A DNA stretch of 64,000 bases, from NCBI GenBank assembly GCA_965637545.1, contig OZ281500.1, forward strand, positions 2,418,001 through 2,482,000. The letters are read 5' to 3'. Made by a program: the position numbers and the translations under genes. This stretch comes from Phallusia mammillata (Eukaryota). A model generated the notes under the pieces. It made no database searches and was not told the origin of the DNA. It saw only the letters and a program-made list of their open reading frames with translations. Shown piece after piece: positions 53,034 to 64,000 of the stretch. Every line of letters starts with the position of its first letter. Position 1 is the first letter of the stretch.

Positions 53034-55903
53034 TTAGGCGTTACGAATTAAAAACCTCTTATCAGCATAAAAAAATACTGAAGGAGAGCAATCGTAGGGT
53101 AATGTTGGATTTATTCCCAACACCCGTTCGCAAAATGCAAATCGTACAGTCATCGCAAAAAATCTTTTATCCTCGAAGCAGTTCTTGCATACAAATTGAC
53201 CAAGTTTTATTCCATGTTTTGCTGAAGCAAGACACTCCTCATAGCGACTCATCTTAAAAAGGTTTAATACGAGGTTCCATGCTGCAGTTACGGACATTTC
53301 GGCGTGTAAGCTTCCCGAGTAAAATGACAAATGAAACGACGTTTTTGCAAATCTTATTGCATCGTGGAGTTGTTCTTTATTAAAATGTTTAGCAGAAATA
53401 TTAAATGAATAAAACTACAGAATAAGGAATATTCTGTACCAGACAGCTCCGTTTTATTCTCTTTGCGAAGTAATTCCATCTTTTCATGCCAAACATTTTG
53501 AAGAAAATTTTCTGCTTCTAATGATCGCCATAAGTTTGTCAAGCATTCGTATTTAGTGGAAGCAAAAACGACAATGTTGCCCTTGTCTTGATTCTCATTG
53601 ATATATTTGCATTTCCATGATTTATCGAGGTAATCAAGAGCTTCGTCGTATCTTTTTAAGCCACATAGACTGTCACCTTTTAAAAGAAGTGCAGAATTTA
53701 TCCACGGATCAGTTTCTTCATCAGCATGGAGTTTCCGTATTTCCAATATAAATTCTTCATTCACAGAAAGAGCATCGTCATAACAACCCAAACTATTAAG
53801 GCATATATTGTAGTAATTCAACAGATCAAAATAAATGCCTCGGTGAAAGTTCTTGTCTTCGAGTTCCTTTTTCACTTCGTCATATGCAATTTTGAAACAT
53901 TTTCGCGCCTTTTCGTAGTTTTCCATCATCGTATAGCATTTTCCTTCGTCTACGTGAATCTCTACTTTTGTTACAGCCCGCATTCCAATTGAATGCACCA
54001 CACGTAACTTTTGTGAGTATTTCAGTGCTTCTTCGTACCTTTGTAAATAAAATAGGCAATGGTGGCAATTGTTCAAGTATTTACCACGCAAATCTAAATA
54101 ATTTTGATTTATTGAACAATGCAAATCTAGTCGTGATAGTTCGTCCTCAGCGACTTTGATGCTCTCCTCGTATCTGTAACAGTGGCGCAAACATGACATA
54201 CACACAAACTGCAGAATTGTTTTGCCTTCCACAGTTTTAAACTCGTTCAAGTATTTTATTTCATCATATAGCACTAATCCGAATTCAAAGAGATACAATG
54301 AACATGCTAGTTGTGCTGCGTTACTTTGCAATTCTGTGAATTCAATTCGTTCTTTTCTTTTTTCTTTAAAACATTCCACAACATATTCTCGAAGCGATGC
54401 TGCAACGTTTAACCCATCTACAACTGCTCTGCTTCCTACGTCTTTTGTAAAGTCTTCCATAGTCGATGGCTCACCGATTTGCGGTTTTTGAAGCAAAATG
54501 TCACTTTGACCGCATGTTTTGCTGTACTGCCTCAAACGCATTTCACATGCAACTGCCAACGAAAATTGTAGTTTATCATGCAACATCTCATCGATGAGAC
54601 CAAGACGCATCAGTTCGTCAAGGATATCAAAACAGTTAAAAGTTTTACAGTCGTACAAACGACTAAGAGCTAAAATGAAAAGAGAACAACCCCTCAACGC
54701 AACTCGCTTGATGTCTATTTTAAAACGAAAATCATTGGGTCGTATTTCAAATAGCTCATAATCTTGTTCGATATTTTGCTGTACCCGTTGGTTAAAGTAG
54801 GATTTCCTGTCTAGTTTCTGTTGATCTAGTGTTTTTCTGATTTTTGTTTCAAATTTTTTGAAAACAACAGAATCACCGTAAACGAAACAAGTTGTGGTCA
54901 ACATATCTGCTAAATGATAACCGTTTTTTAAATCCTTTTCTTTTTTCAAGAACTTTACCATCTTACTGACTGGTTTGATAAGCTCAGTTATCCACGGCTT
55001 CTTCTGTGTCTTTGTTTGTCTTCCCAATGGATTCTTGCTAGCTTGAGGAGCAAATCCATCAGGACGGATTCCACATGGAGTAAATGCGTCATAAAACCAA
55101 TCTTCTTCCTTGTTTGAAGGATTGTTAAGACATGGAATAGCCAAGAATTTGAGTAAAGTTTCACCAAGACAGACCAATATCGTTTGGTAAATAGTTGCAA
55201 ACCATCGGAAGTAATCTAGCAGAATATTGTAATTCTCAATGTTTTGAGCAACTTCTTGTAACACAATAATGCTTTCAAAGTCAGAATATGGAGTAACTTC
55301 TTTTTTGGCCAACGAACCCATTCCTACCAACGCAAACTTACATGGTGGTTCCCCCATGATTTCAATAGTTTGGGTGGCGATAAAGTTCATAATGTTTACA
55401 TATCTGTCAGTAACATAATATTGTATTTTCTTGACTTGTGCGACTCTTTGAATCCGTATTGAATGATGTTTGTCGCCTTTCAAGTCGTCAGACATTGGTT
55501 TCAGCTCATCAAGTTTATCTTTTGTGTTTTCACGAAGTATTTGAATTTGTGCTTTTGTTTCGACAACAGCTTTACTCACCAGCTCTGCATCTGGGTTAGC
55601 AGCGTTTGCCAACGTCATAATATGCATGCACAAGTCATCAAGATCTTTCCTAATGTCATCTGCATTGTCTGGCTGCCTTAACACAGCTGATGTCATTAAG
55701 GCAACACTTTGAATGAGACTGATCTTATCTGGACTTTTCTCTTTGTACGCGAGTCCCACCTGATGCAAAGTTTTTGCTGATTCCCTTGGTTCAATTTCCA
55801 CACCATTGTCATAACATTGTTTTCTCAACTTAGTTGCTAAATCACTGATGACTACGTCTGTTATTATATCGTTCAAGCAATCGTACGAATCTTTGCATAG
55901 CAT
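53034..55903 (-). pseudogene. Copy H: NTase-TPR gene with one late frameshift (ORFs 53354-55903 and 53034-53330; ~956 aa if restored)
   Basis: ATG at 55903 and intact NTase motif. The alternative frame from ~53395 reads AKHFNKEQLHDAIRFAKTSFHLSFYSGSL, matching copy G. The segment is 1 nt short relative to G. Confidence 0.85.
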
Positions 55904-57112
55904 TACTTGTTTGTGTTTGACGTTACAGCTTTCATACAAAACTTACAAACACACTTAAATTGTTGACACGTTACCCAATTCAACTAATCGCCCTGTTAAA
56001 AAAACACAAAAACGAGTGTAAGTCATTTGGCCTGGTTCACCATTTCATTATTCATTCTAATTTAGCCCGGAAAACGATCAAAATCCACTTACTAGCGCCA
56101 ATGCTACCTGGCAGTTTAACTGGTGAGCTGCTTGAACATTGTGCTGGATAAGTATGATTGTCCAGTAAAGCTCCTTGGTTAATAATTTACTTTGAGTACA
56201 CTTAAACCGCCAAGCTTGGCAACACTGTACATAAAAAGGCCTCGTAAATTCGTTTGCGCCACTGTTCTTTACTGTTGATGTTGTTTAGTATCAAGTTTTA
56301 CCTGACCTAATTGTACCCATAGTTTTATTTACTGTAGAAAAACAAAGTGACAAACCTACTAAAAAAATTTAACTTTGATAAGTAGTCACCCTGACTGTGG
56401 AATTGTTAAGTACAACCTCAAACGTTTCTAGCGGCAAAATTATCATCAAACATCAAACAAACTCCACGACTGGAGCCAACCAGATAACTAACTTTGTAAT
56501 TGAGCATAAAGTAAAGGTTTAATCACAAAATCAAACCCAACAACTTACTGCTTTAGCTTCAAGTGACGTGTTAATAAATGTAATTGAGCATGAAAATGCA
56601 CAATGCAGTCTCACAAACAACATGGTAACATACTACCAACAAGTCATTGCCTAAACTTTGTATTTTGTGTTATTTTAAGTACTATTATGTTTTAAGTGCT
56701 GTGTCATGATTACTGAGCTCATGTCTTGCAAATATGCTTAACTACAAGTATAATTCGTATTTGATTCTAGTCACTTTTTGCCAGATCGCAGAAAACTAAC
56801 ATCAGGCACATTAATCATCACAAAAATATGTAATAATTGGACTCGTTTGCCAGTACTTGTGAAATCTAAGCGTCTCTGCGGGCCGCACGCTTAAATGAAG
56901 GGCCACATGAGGCTCGCGAGCTTAGGTTGCTCACCCCTGCATGTCATTAAAATATTAACGCAACGTATCCCTGTTATTTAAACTGTAACACAATTGTCCA
57001 CGGTGTGGTGGGTATAGTAGTTTTACTGACTTACATTTATTGTTTCTGCACTTGGATCAGTAGTTCCAGGGGTCATACTAAGGCAAATGAGAATCTGTAT
57101 AACAGTCAATTG

Positions 57113-57437
57113 CAGAGTTGCAGGTCGGGCCGGGTTCGGGCTTTGGTATTTGTCAGAAAACGGGCTCAAAACAGGCCTGACTTTACGTTTCGTTTCCGCC
57201 AGTTTTTTGTAACAATTCTCTGGCTTGGACCTAACGCCCACCCTACTCTAAAACGTATTGTTTGCCCCATTGTCTAGTATTGTTTATTGTGTTTGTTGTC
57301 TTTTCTCATATTTTCTCACTCATACTTTGTTGCAAGGCTTTCGTGGTTAGGCCTGTCAATCAAAATTTCGGGCCTAAACGGGCTTCTCAAAAACGTTTCG
57401 GGTTCGGGCTCAGATTTCGGGCTCGCTTGCAACTCTG
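57113..57437. mobile_element. hAT-type MITE, 325 bp
   Basis: TIRs cagagttgca / tgcaactctg with 8-bp TSD gtcaattg. Paralogous empty sites are at ~910 and ~49590. Confidence 0.9.
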
Positions 57438-60311
57438 GTCAATTGACGTGTTACGCTAATAAGTAATAAAAAGTATTGGCTTTAATGTAAACAAATATAC
57501 AAAGATCACACCGTTTACAGCACAATGCATAACCAGTTAAGGTTAACCCTTGGCCAGATTCTATATAGATAAAGCAAATTTCCTGTTAACGTGGGTCGTG
57601 TGCTTCGAAATACTCCTAGATTAGAATATTTGGGATCTTTTGCGTCATCCAGTGGCAAAAAGCAACAACGTGTTTTTTGCCAATTTTGAAACTCCACCAT
57701 TATTAAAACCTTCTCTATTTTTGTTTTTGCAACAACTGGGCTATTTTCATTTTCATAGGCCTTAAGATCAATATCTCAAAACGTGGCTGCGATTACGAGG
57801 GTGAAAGCTGGTTGTCAACAAGCAGGTGTTGGAAAAGAAAGAGGGGAACTTATTGTGAGTGTTTGTATATGAGCTAACCAACATATTTGCAAACCTGGTT
57901 AATTGCACACACACAAAAATTAGTTTAAAATGTAAGTTACCACTTGGGGTATTTCAATTTTATTCTGGGTTCTATGAAGGGGCAGAGATTAGGCAATCAT
58001 CTGCCAATATTATTTTCGCGAAAAACACGCTTTGACCAGCCAACGACCGAAATACGTTAATCGCACACTAAACTTTTTAATTCACTACACTTTTTGTGTC
58101 ACTACCGCGATGCTACCCCAACTGTTTAAAAGGTGCAATTAGCAATCATTAACTGACATGACGTGACTGTTACGGTCATCAATCGAAGTAGTGGTGTTCC
58201 TACCTTTTTTGCAACCTAGGTAGAATACTTACGATCTCACAATAAAAAGTAGTCTTACACCTTGCCCGTAGAGTGTTGTCACACATACTTGTCGTTGGTG
58301 TGGTGCAATCGATCACGTGTGTTTCGAAAACCGAGTTCGTAGCTAACGACGCAATATTTTTGCGAAAAAAATAAGTAACCAGAATACCGCTTTCGTATCA
58401 GAAAAAATGGTTCACCCTAATCGTATTCACGTTTATGTAACACACGCTTGTTTTTTACCAGCTGTTAACCGTTTACTTCTAGTTTAATATAATAGACTAC
58501 ACTCTCAGAAATAGGTCAACACTATAACTACAACAAATAAGCTGAGGTCATATTTTCTAATCTTCGTATGATGCGTCGTATAACACAAATCAACATAGGT
58601 TGTAGTATTTAGGGTTGGCCCGAAGATACTGTATTGACGCCGATAACTGATGCTATGTGTGATATCAGTACTCTTCGGATACTTCAGCAAAAACCGATAC
58701 ATTTATAAATAAGTAAAACATGCTTTAGTCTGCCGTTTCTGCCACTATATTTGCGAACAGTCACTTCAAACGTGCTTTTGACTCGGCTGCCATTGCAACA
58801 CAATCTCTGCGTCAGTGTTGGACGTTTGCTGTTCGTATCTGAGAACAAATGAGACGTGCCGTGATGTTATCCAAGCACAGGGGTCCACTACCTGCCGCCT
58901 TTCTGGTTATGCGTTGATTTAAACTTAATTTTAGGGTTAGTTAATGTTGTATAATCCAACAATCCAACATAATGTGATGTGGCGAAATCCAATATGGTGT
59001 AATGGCAAACAAACAATAATTAATTCGCGTTTCCTTTGAAATGTGACTACGCTTCAAATAGCACGCTGTATGTTTTGCCAACAGACGGCAGGATGTAAAA
59101 CGTTTAGGCTTGCTTTGTTAAACAAACAACAACCATGTATTTAAAAAAAATGATGATTGGAATTGGTTGTTTTAAGACTGAAGCATAGACTAACAGTTGC
59201 TAAGTCTTTGTTGAAGCCTTGCATTCGCATAACCTTTGATGTGTTGTTAATATTGGGGATTGTTTTATATTAAGTAAGTCATCAGGTAATCTACCATTTT
59301 CGCCTTGTGTGTTATATCGTAACTTATTTATCAAAGTTAGGTGGTGGTGTTTAAATGGTTGTATGCATTTGGAGCCCTGCTAAAATAGTACCAATAATTT
59401 AAACTGAAATTAGTACACAAAGATTCATAAACGTAAGAGTGAATTCACGCGTTCCTAAGTATAAATTGAACGACTTAATCTTTGTTATTATAAAATTGTA
59501 TATTAATTTTTGACGCCAGTTTAGACTTGAGACAGATATTGTAGTCTTAATAGGCAAACTTCCTTTACACTACTCAGTTTCCGTGCAAAGTTGCGCTCTA
59601 CATTATGATAGTGCGTAAATAATGTCCGACATTTGGTGGGAAAGTCGGACGCAAAATGTCACGAAAACCGGGCTTAGGTTTTTGCCATCATTTGCAAATT
59701 AAAACATTTGAATTTGAATTTATGGGACAACTTACAAAGACCAACCTTTTTTTGAAAAAAGCCAAGAATCGCTAGGATCGTCGACGAAAAGCAGCAGCAA
59801 AAGAGCCATTAACTTTTGTTTAACACTTTCCTTTTCTGTTTCGTCTTAAAATTTGATTGATAATTAATTACCGTTTTTTGGTTTGCAAACGTGTCCGTAT
59901 TGGGATTCGAAGTCGTTCGGGTTCAGAAAATTAAAAAGGGTTAAGAACCACTTTATTAAAAAGATTTTGGAAGCAATACATGGCAGTCTTTTTGTATGCT
60001 ATTGTGTGCAAACGATGCCAAATATTCAGGCAACGCACAAACTAACAATTTAGATAGTGGCGTCACTAATATATGAGATTGATCATTAAACTGTTATTCG
60101 TCATAAAGTCCTAAAAAAACAGGTATGTTTGCACTTCAAAATAGGGAATATTTTGCGGTACACGTGAAATCTCTCACGCACACAGTTTTAGAATCACTGG
60201 CCTAAGCTATTGTGCCTTGTGTCATTTCTGTCTTAAAAATCTTTAGAATTTTGAAAGCTGACTGGTGGAATTTTGTTATTTTCAACTGGCAAATCTGGAA
60301 TTGAAATTATC

Positions 60312-63300
60312 ATGGAATTTCACAAAGTGTCTGATTATCATCCGCCAAAATTTGCATCTAGTCTCGCATTTGCGCCTAGCAAACGAGTCAGGGTAACGTT
60401 TTTAGGATGTGGATAACATTTAACTATGTCATTCTTATCACATACAAGATACAGATACAGGATTGCAACCAACAACCTTGCAAACACAAAACATTTTTGC
60501 CAATTAACGATTTTTCTGCTGTCAATGTAATTTTATCAGTAAGGTTCAGTTGTGTATGTTAGAGCTGCAGTTTTTAAGACTCCATTTATTTTTAGTTGGC
60601 AGCTTTACCAACACCGCTTCACAAATGGAATCTGCCAGGAATACCCGATGATTTGCATTTGTACATAAAAAGAGATGATTTGACTGGAAATATTTTGAGT
60701 GGAAATAAAGTAAGTATTTTTTAATCGTGTTAGGGTACGAAATCTTTGATTAATTGGATATAACTTTTACAGTTGGTAGATATATACATACAGATGTGCT
60801 ATTTGTTTTGTTCAACCGTTACTTCCCAAAAGCAAAACGTTTTTGAACTAAACTACTAATCTTAAACGACAAACTTTACCAGTTTTGCAATTTTGCGCAC
60901 GTAACTACTCTTTGTATCCGCATCAGTTGCCTGAACCCCATGCAACCACAAGTGAACAAACAAGTGAGATACAAGTATTTTCTTGACTGCTTTCGTAAAT
61001 TTGCAATGTTATGTCAAGCGTGACGTTTGTTTACGCTTTAATGCAATTGGTATTGGTCGGTTTTCGTAGGCTCGTGAATACTAATCATGAGTAACTAATT
61101 ACGGGTCCCCTTCCCTGAAGGGGACACATATTGATTTTACTCAAATTGTTTTGTTTTCTTTCATTTTTCTTCTCCCCAAAGTTTGTCCGACTCGTTTTTC
61201 CATCAACTGTTTGATGGATTTGGCTGAAATTTAAACAGATGGTAGATATACGTAGATGTGCATCCCACTTTGTTTTTGTTGATAACCCCAGTATTTACCC
61301 CGCTAGCCCCCTAAAATGGGTTATTTTCTTCCCAAAGTTTGTTTGACTCGTTTTTCCATCAAATGTTAGATGGATTTGGTTGAAATTTACACAGATGGTA
61401 GATATGGTTATGTAGATGTGCATCCCACTTTGTTTTTGTTGATAACCACAGTATTTACCCCGCTAGCCCCCTAAAATGGGTTATTTTCTTTCCAAAGTTT
61501 GTCCGACTCGTTTTGCCATCAAATGTTTGATGGATGTGGCTGAAACTTATACAGATGGTAGATAAAGTTATGTAGATGAGTATCCCGCTTTGTTTGTCCA
61601 AATAACCCTAGTATTTACCCCGCTACCCCCAAAAATGGGTTAGTTTGTAAGCAGTGTCAGAATTGGCTAAAATTTGGATAGCTTATAGAGTATGCCATTT
61701 ATAGATGTCGATTGGTGTGTTCAACCTTGTAGCCTCAACATTTACCCAACAAGCCACCCAAGTGTAAAACGTATTTGTATGTTACTGGGCGCCACAAACG
61801 AAAGAATTGTGTTGCTCAATAGTTTAAGAGCAAGCAGTTGTATGTTACTCGTTTGTGACTGTGTGGATTGTTTGGTGGACGTTTTTGCGCGGGCTTGTTA
61901 ACAGCCATATGACGTCAGAAACATTAACAGTTGTTGCTCAAAACACCTCTAGTGGTCAAAATTTTAAACATTGGCGGATTGGGCTGAAATTTTGCAATAC
62001 TATTGATTAAGTCATTGAGGTTTTATATTTTTTTAGTTTGTGTGTCGGACCCCATTAGTTGCCCTACTAGCCCCCTAAAATGGGTCAGTTTTTTAAACAG
62101 TGTCGGGATTGGATAAAATTTGGGTAGTATGTGGACTATGCTATTTGTAGGTTTCAATTGATGTGTTTTACCTTTAGCCCCAACATTTACTTAACTAGCC
62201 CCCTAAAATAAATGAACTTTTAAAAAACGTCCTAATTATATGAAATTAGCAAAGTATATTAAACATACTAAGTCCTCAAATGTTATGTTTTGCCCTGTAG
62301 CACCACAACTTAACCAACTAATCTCTAAAATGTGTAACCCTTTTCACAAATTCGAATTGAATGAAAATTTGGCAGCTTCTAGAATTTGCTATTCATTTTT
62401 TTGTTTTACCCCATTATGCCACTACTTTCTTCTTCGTTTATTTGAAAAAGAACGTTAAGTAGGACATATTTCAAACAATACCTGGGGTAAATCTAAATTT
62501 ATATAGTTTGTTCTCTACATAGTATTAATATTTAAGCCCAGTCCCGATCACTGCGTTTTTCCTTACAATACTAAACTTTCACATGGTTATCTCTTGAAAT
62601 GCATTATCTACAACTTTGCATGTGTGGGGCCCATGAGTTTCTGCTTGCAGAAACAACTAAGGTTATAAAAGACAGTGGATGGTATGGGACCCAATATAAA
62701 ATAAGCATAGGAAATATATCAATGTTTTAAAATAGATTATAGTGTATATGCAAGGGCAATATGTGCTAAGCCACCCTTCTAGTGTAAGACTAAAGCTACA
62801 CGAATGTTCGATTTAGTAAAAGTATTGCTAATGTTTTACATAGCAAGTTCATTTGACAGTGTATCCAATGGCTGTGTTTGACCCCAAACCTCCAGCCTTT
62901 AACCTTCTCTAAGAAATGTATAATTAACAACTATATCCGTTTGCAAATTGCGCTGACCCATTCATTTTAGCCAGTGGATGCAACAAAGGTAACAAAATTA
63001 AATTAATGTTACCCCCAGTGTAAACAATGCAGTAAATATAAACAATTCGTTTGTTTAAAATGTACCCCTGTGCATTTAAATTAGTAATTGGTTTGTAGGT
63101 CCGAAAACTGGAGTTCTTGCTGGCAGATGCATTAGAAAAGGGATGTAGGTCAGTTATAACTTGTGGCAGTTTTAATTCAAACTGCTGCAGGGCAACTGCT
63201 GTGGCCGCAACCCAACTAGGATTGGATTGCCATTTGTTATTACGAAGCAAAAACATGGTGTGTAGCATTAAAAAAGAGGCTAGTTTGCATCATATACATA

Positions 63301-63962
63301 ACTCTACCAATCTATTAAATAATTTAATGTAATTATACATGTTAATTAACAAATATTTCTTTATGTTGTGTTAACTCTATAATAGACCTACCATACTTTC
63401 ATCACCCAAAAGGAGGACACACTCCCGACAAAGAATATTTATACTTATTTTTGTGCCTAAAGAAAATAAAGGCACAAGATATTTCACGCATTCAATTATA
63501 ATAGTCCAATTTGGATGAAGTTTAACTTACTATACATTGTTAATTTCAATTACCAATGGGCTCAACTCACGTTTTGGCCGTTTTTAAAGGCACAGTTGGT
63601 TTTTAAATTTTTAATAAATACAGAAAATTCAAAAAAGGAGGACATTTGGGCATTTTTTATTGTCCTTGGAGGACAATTTGCTTCTCGTTTAAAATGAGGA
63701 TGTATGGTAGGCCTACTCTATAATTAATGCATTTAGGATTAATTAAAAATAAATTTCTTGCCTACCGCAACCACTGCCGGCATTTGAAAAACATTTACAT
63801 GGTACAGACGTTATCTGTGAAAGATACAAAGCAACACACAAAAGATCCTGGCAACCTTTTACCATCAATTTTCTGTGGGAGTCAACTTTATTTTGTTCCA
63901 TTTGATTCTGACTTTGAGCTTGACGTTAGGGAAAGAGAAGAAAGACTGGCAAAATGCATTGA
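60312..63962 (+). CDS. dcyD: D-cysteine desulfhydrase / ACC deaminase family PLP enzyme, exons 1-4 (3' part outside window)
   Basis: Exons 60312-60392 ([27 protein letters not shown]), 60596-60709 ([11 protein letters not shown]...[16 protein letters not shown]), 63099-63257 ([37 protein letters not shown]...LLLRSKNM) and 63808-63962 (...[18 protein letters not shown]...). All introns are GT-AG and in phase. The PLP-lysine motif [18 protein letters not shown] is present. Confidence 0.93.
61175..61640. repeat. ~156-160-bp tandem repeat, 3 copies, in intron 2 of the dcyD-like gene
   Basis: Unit starts (c/t)ccaaagtttgt at 61175, 61331 and 61491. Partial related copies lie near 62050-62220. Confidence 0.88.
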
Positions 63963-64000
63963 GTAAGTTTTTCTGCATTTGAATTGTTCCGTATGCCGAC

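Noticed and set aside
62924-63268. 114-aa minus-strand ORF
   Set aside because: Antisense to exon 3 of the dcyD-like gene.
55903-63962. Functional linkage between the dcyD-like gene and the NTase-TPR array
   Set aside because: Only adjacency (divergent, ~4.4 kb apart). The dcyD-like gene is not part of the duplicated unit.
1-64000. Prokaryotic operon or defence-island interpretation
   Set aside because: Spliceosomal introns in phase, low coding density, SINE/MITE content, and no RBS or operon structure.

Overview
This is AT-rich eukaryotic (animal) DNA, shown by GT-AG introns, hAT MITEs with 8-bp TSDs and a tRNA-derived retroposon. An invertebrate such as an ascidian is plausible, but the species cannot be determined from the sequence. 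About 56 kb is a tandem, birth-and-death array of minus-strand genes with intronless coding regions. Each encodes a ~955-980 aa protein: N-terminal helical/TPR-like region, pol-beta-superfamily nucleotidyltransferase of the GlnD/GlnE/DUF294 type (GS-x10-DFE), DUF294_C-like helical domain, ~8 TPR-like repeats, and a conserved C-terminal tail. There are ten gene-derived segments: one intact copy (45473-48337), two copies broken by a single 1-nt frameshift (8126-11073, 53034-55903), three more damaged copies (15526-18469, 30172-32623, 40153-42481), one in-frame internally deleted mini-gene (3386-3958), and three remnants. The NTase core is nearly invariant and partly identical at DNA level, while the TPR region is highly divergent. 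This pattern suggests a variable sensor coupled to a constant enzyme. The spacers carry a repeated set of cryptic plus-strand exons with conserved splice sites, a CTCF-like motif, several MITEs, a SINE-like insert and an orphan collagen-like exon. The right end holds the first four exons of a D-cysteine desulfhydrase/ACC-deaminase-family gene (+ strand, from 60312, running off the window). Function is inferred throughout, and no database searches were run.
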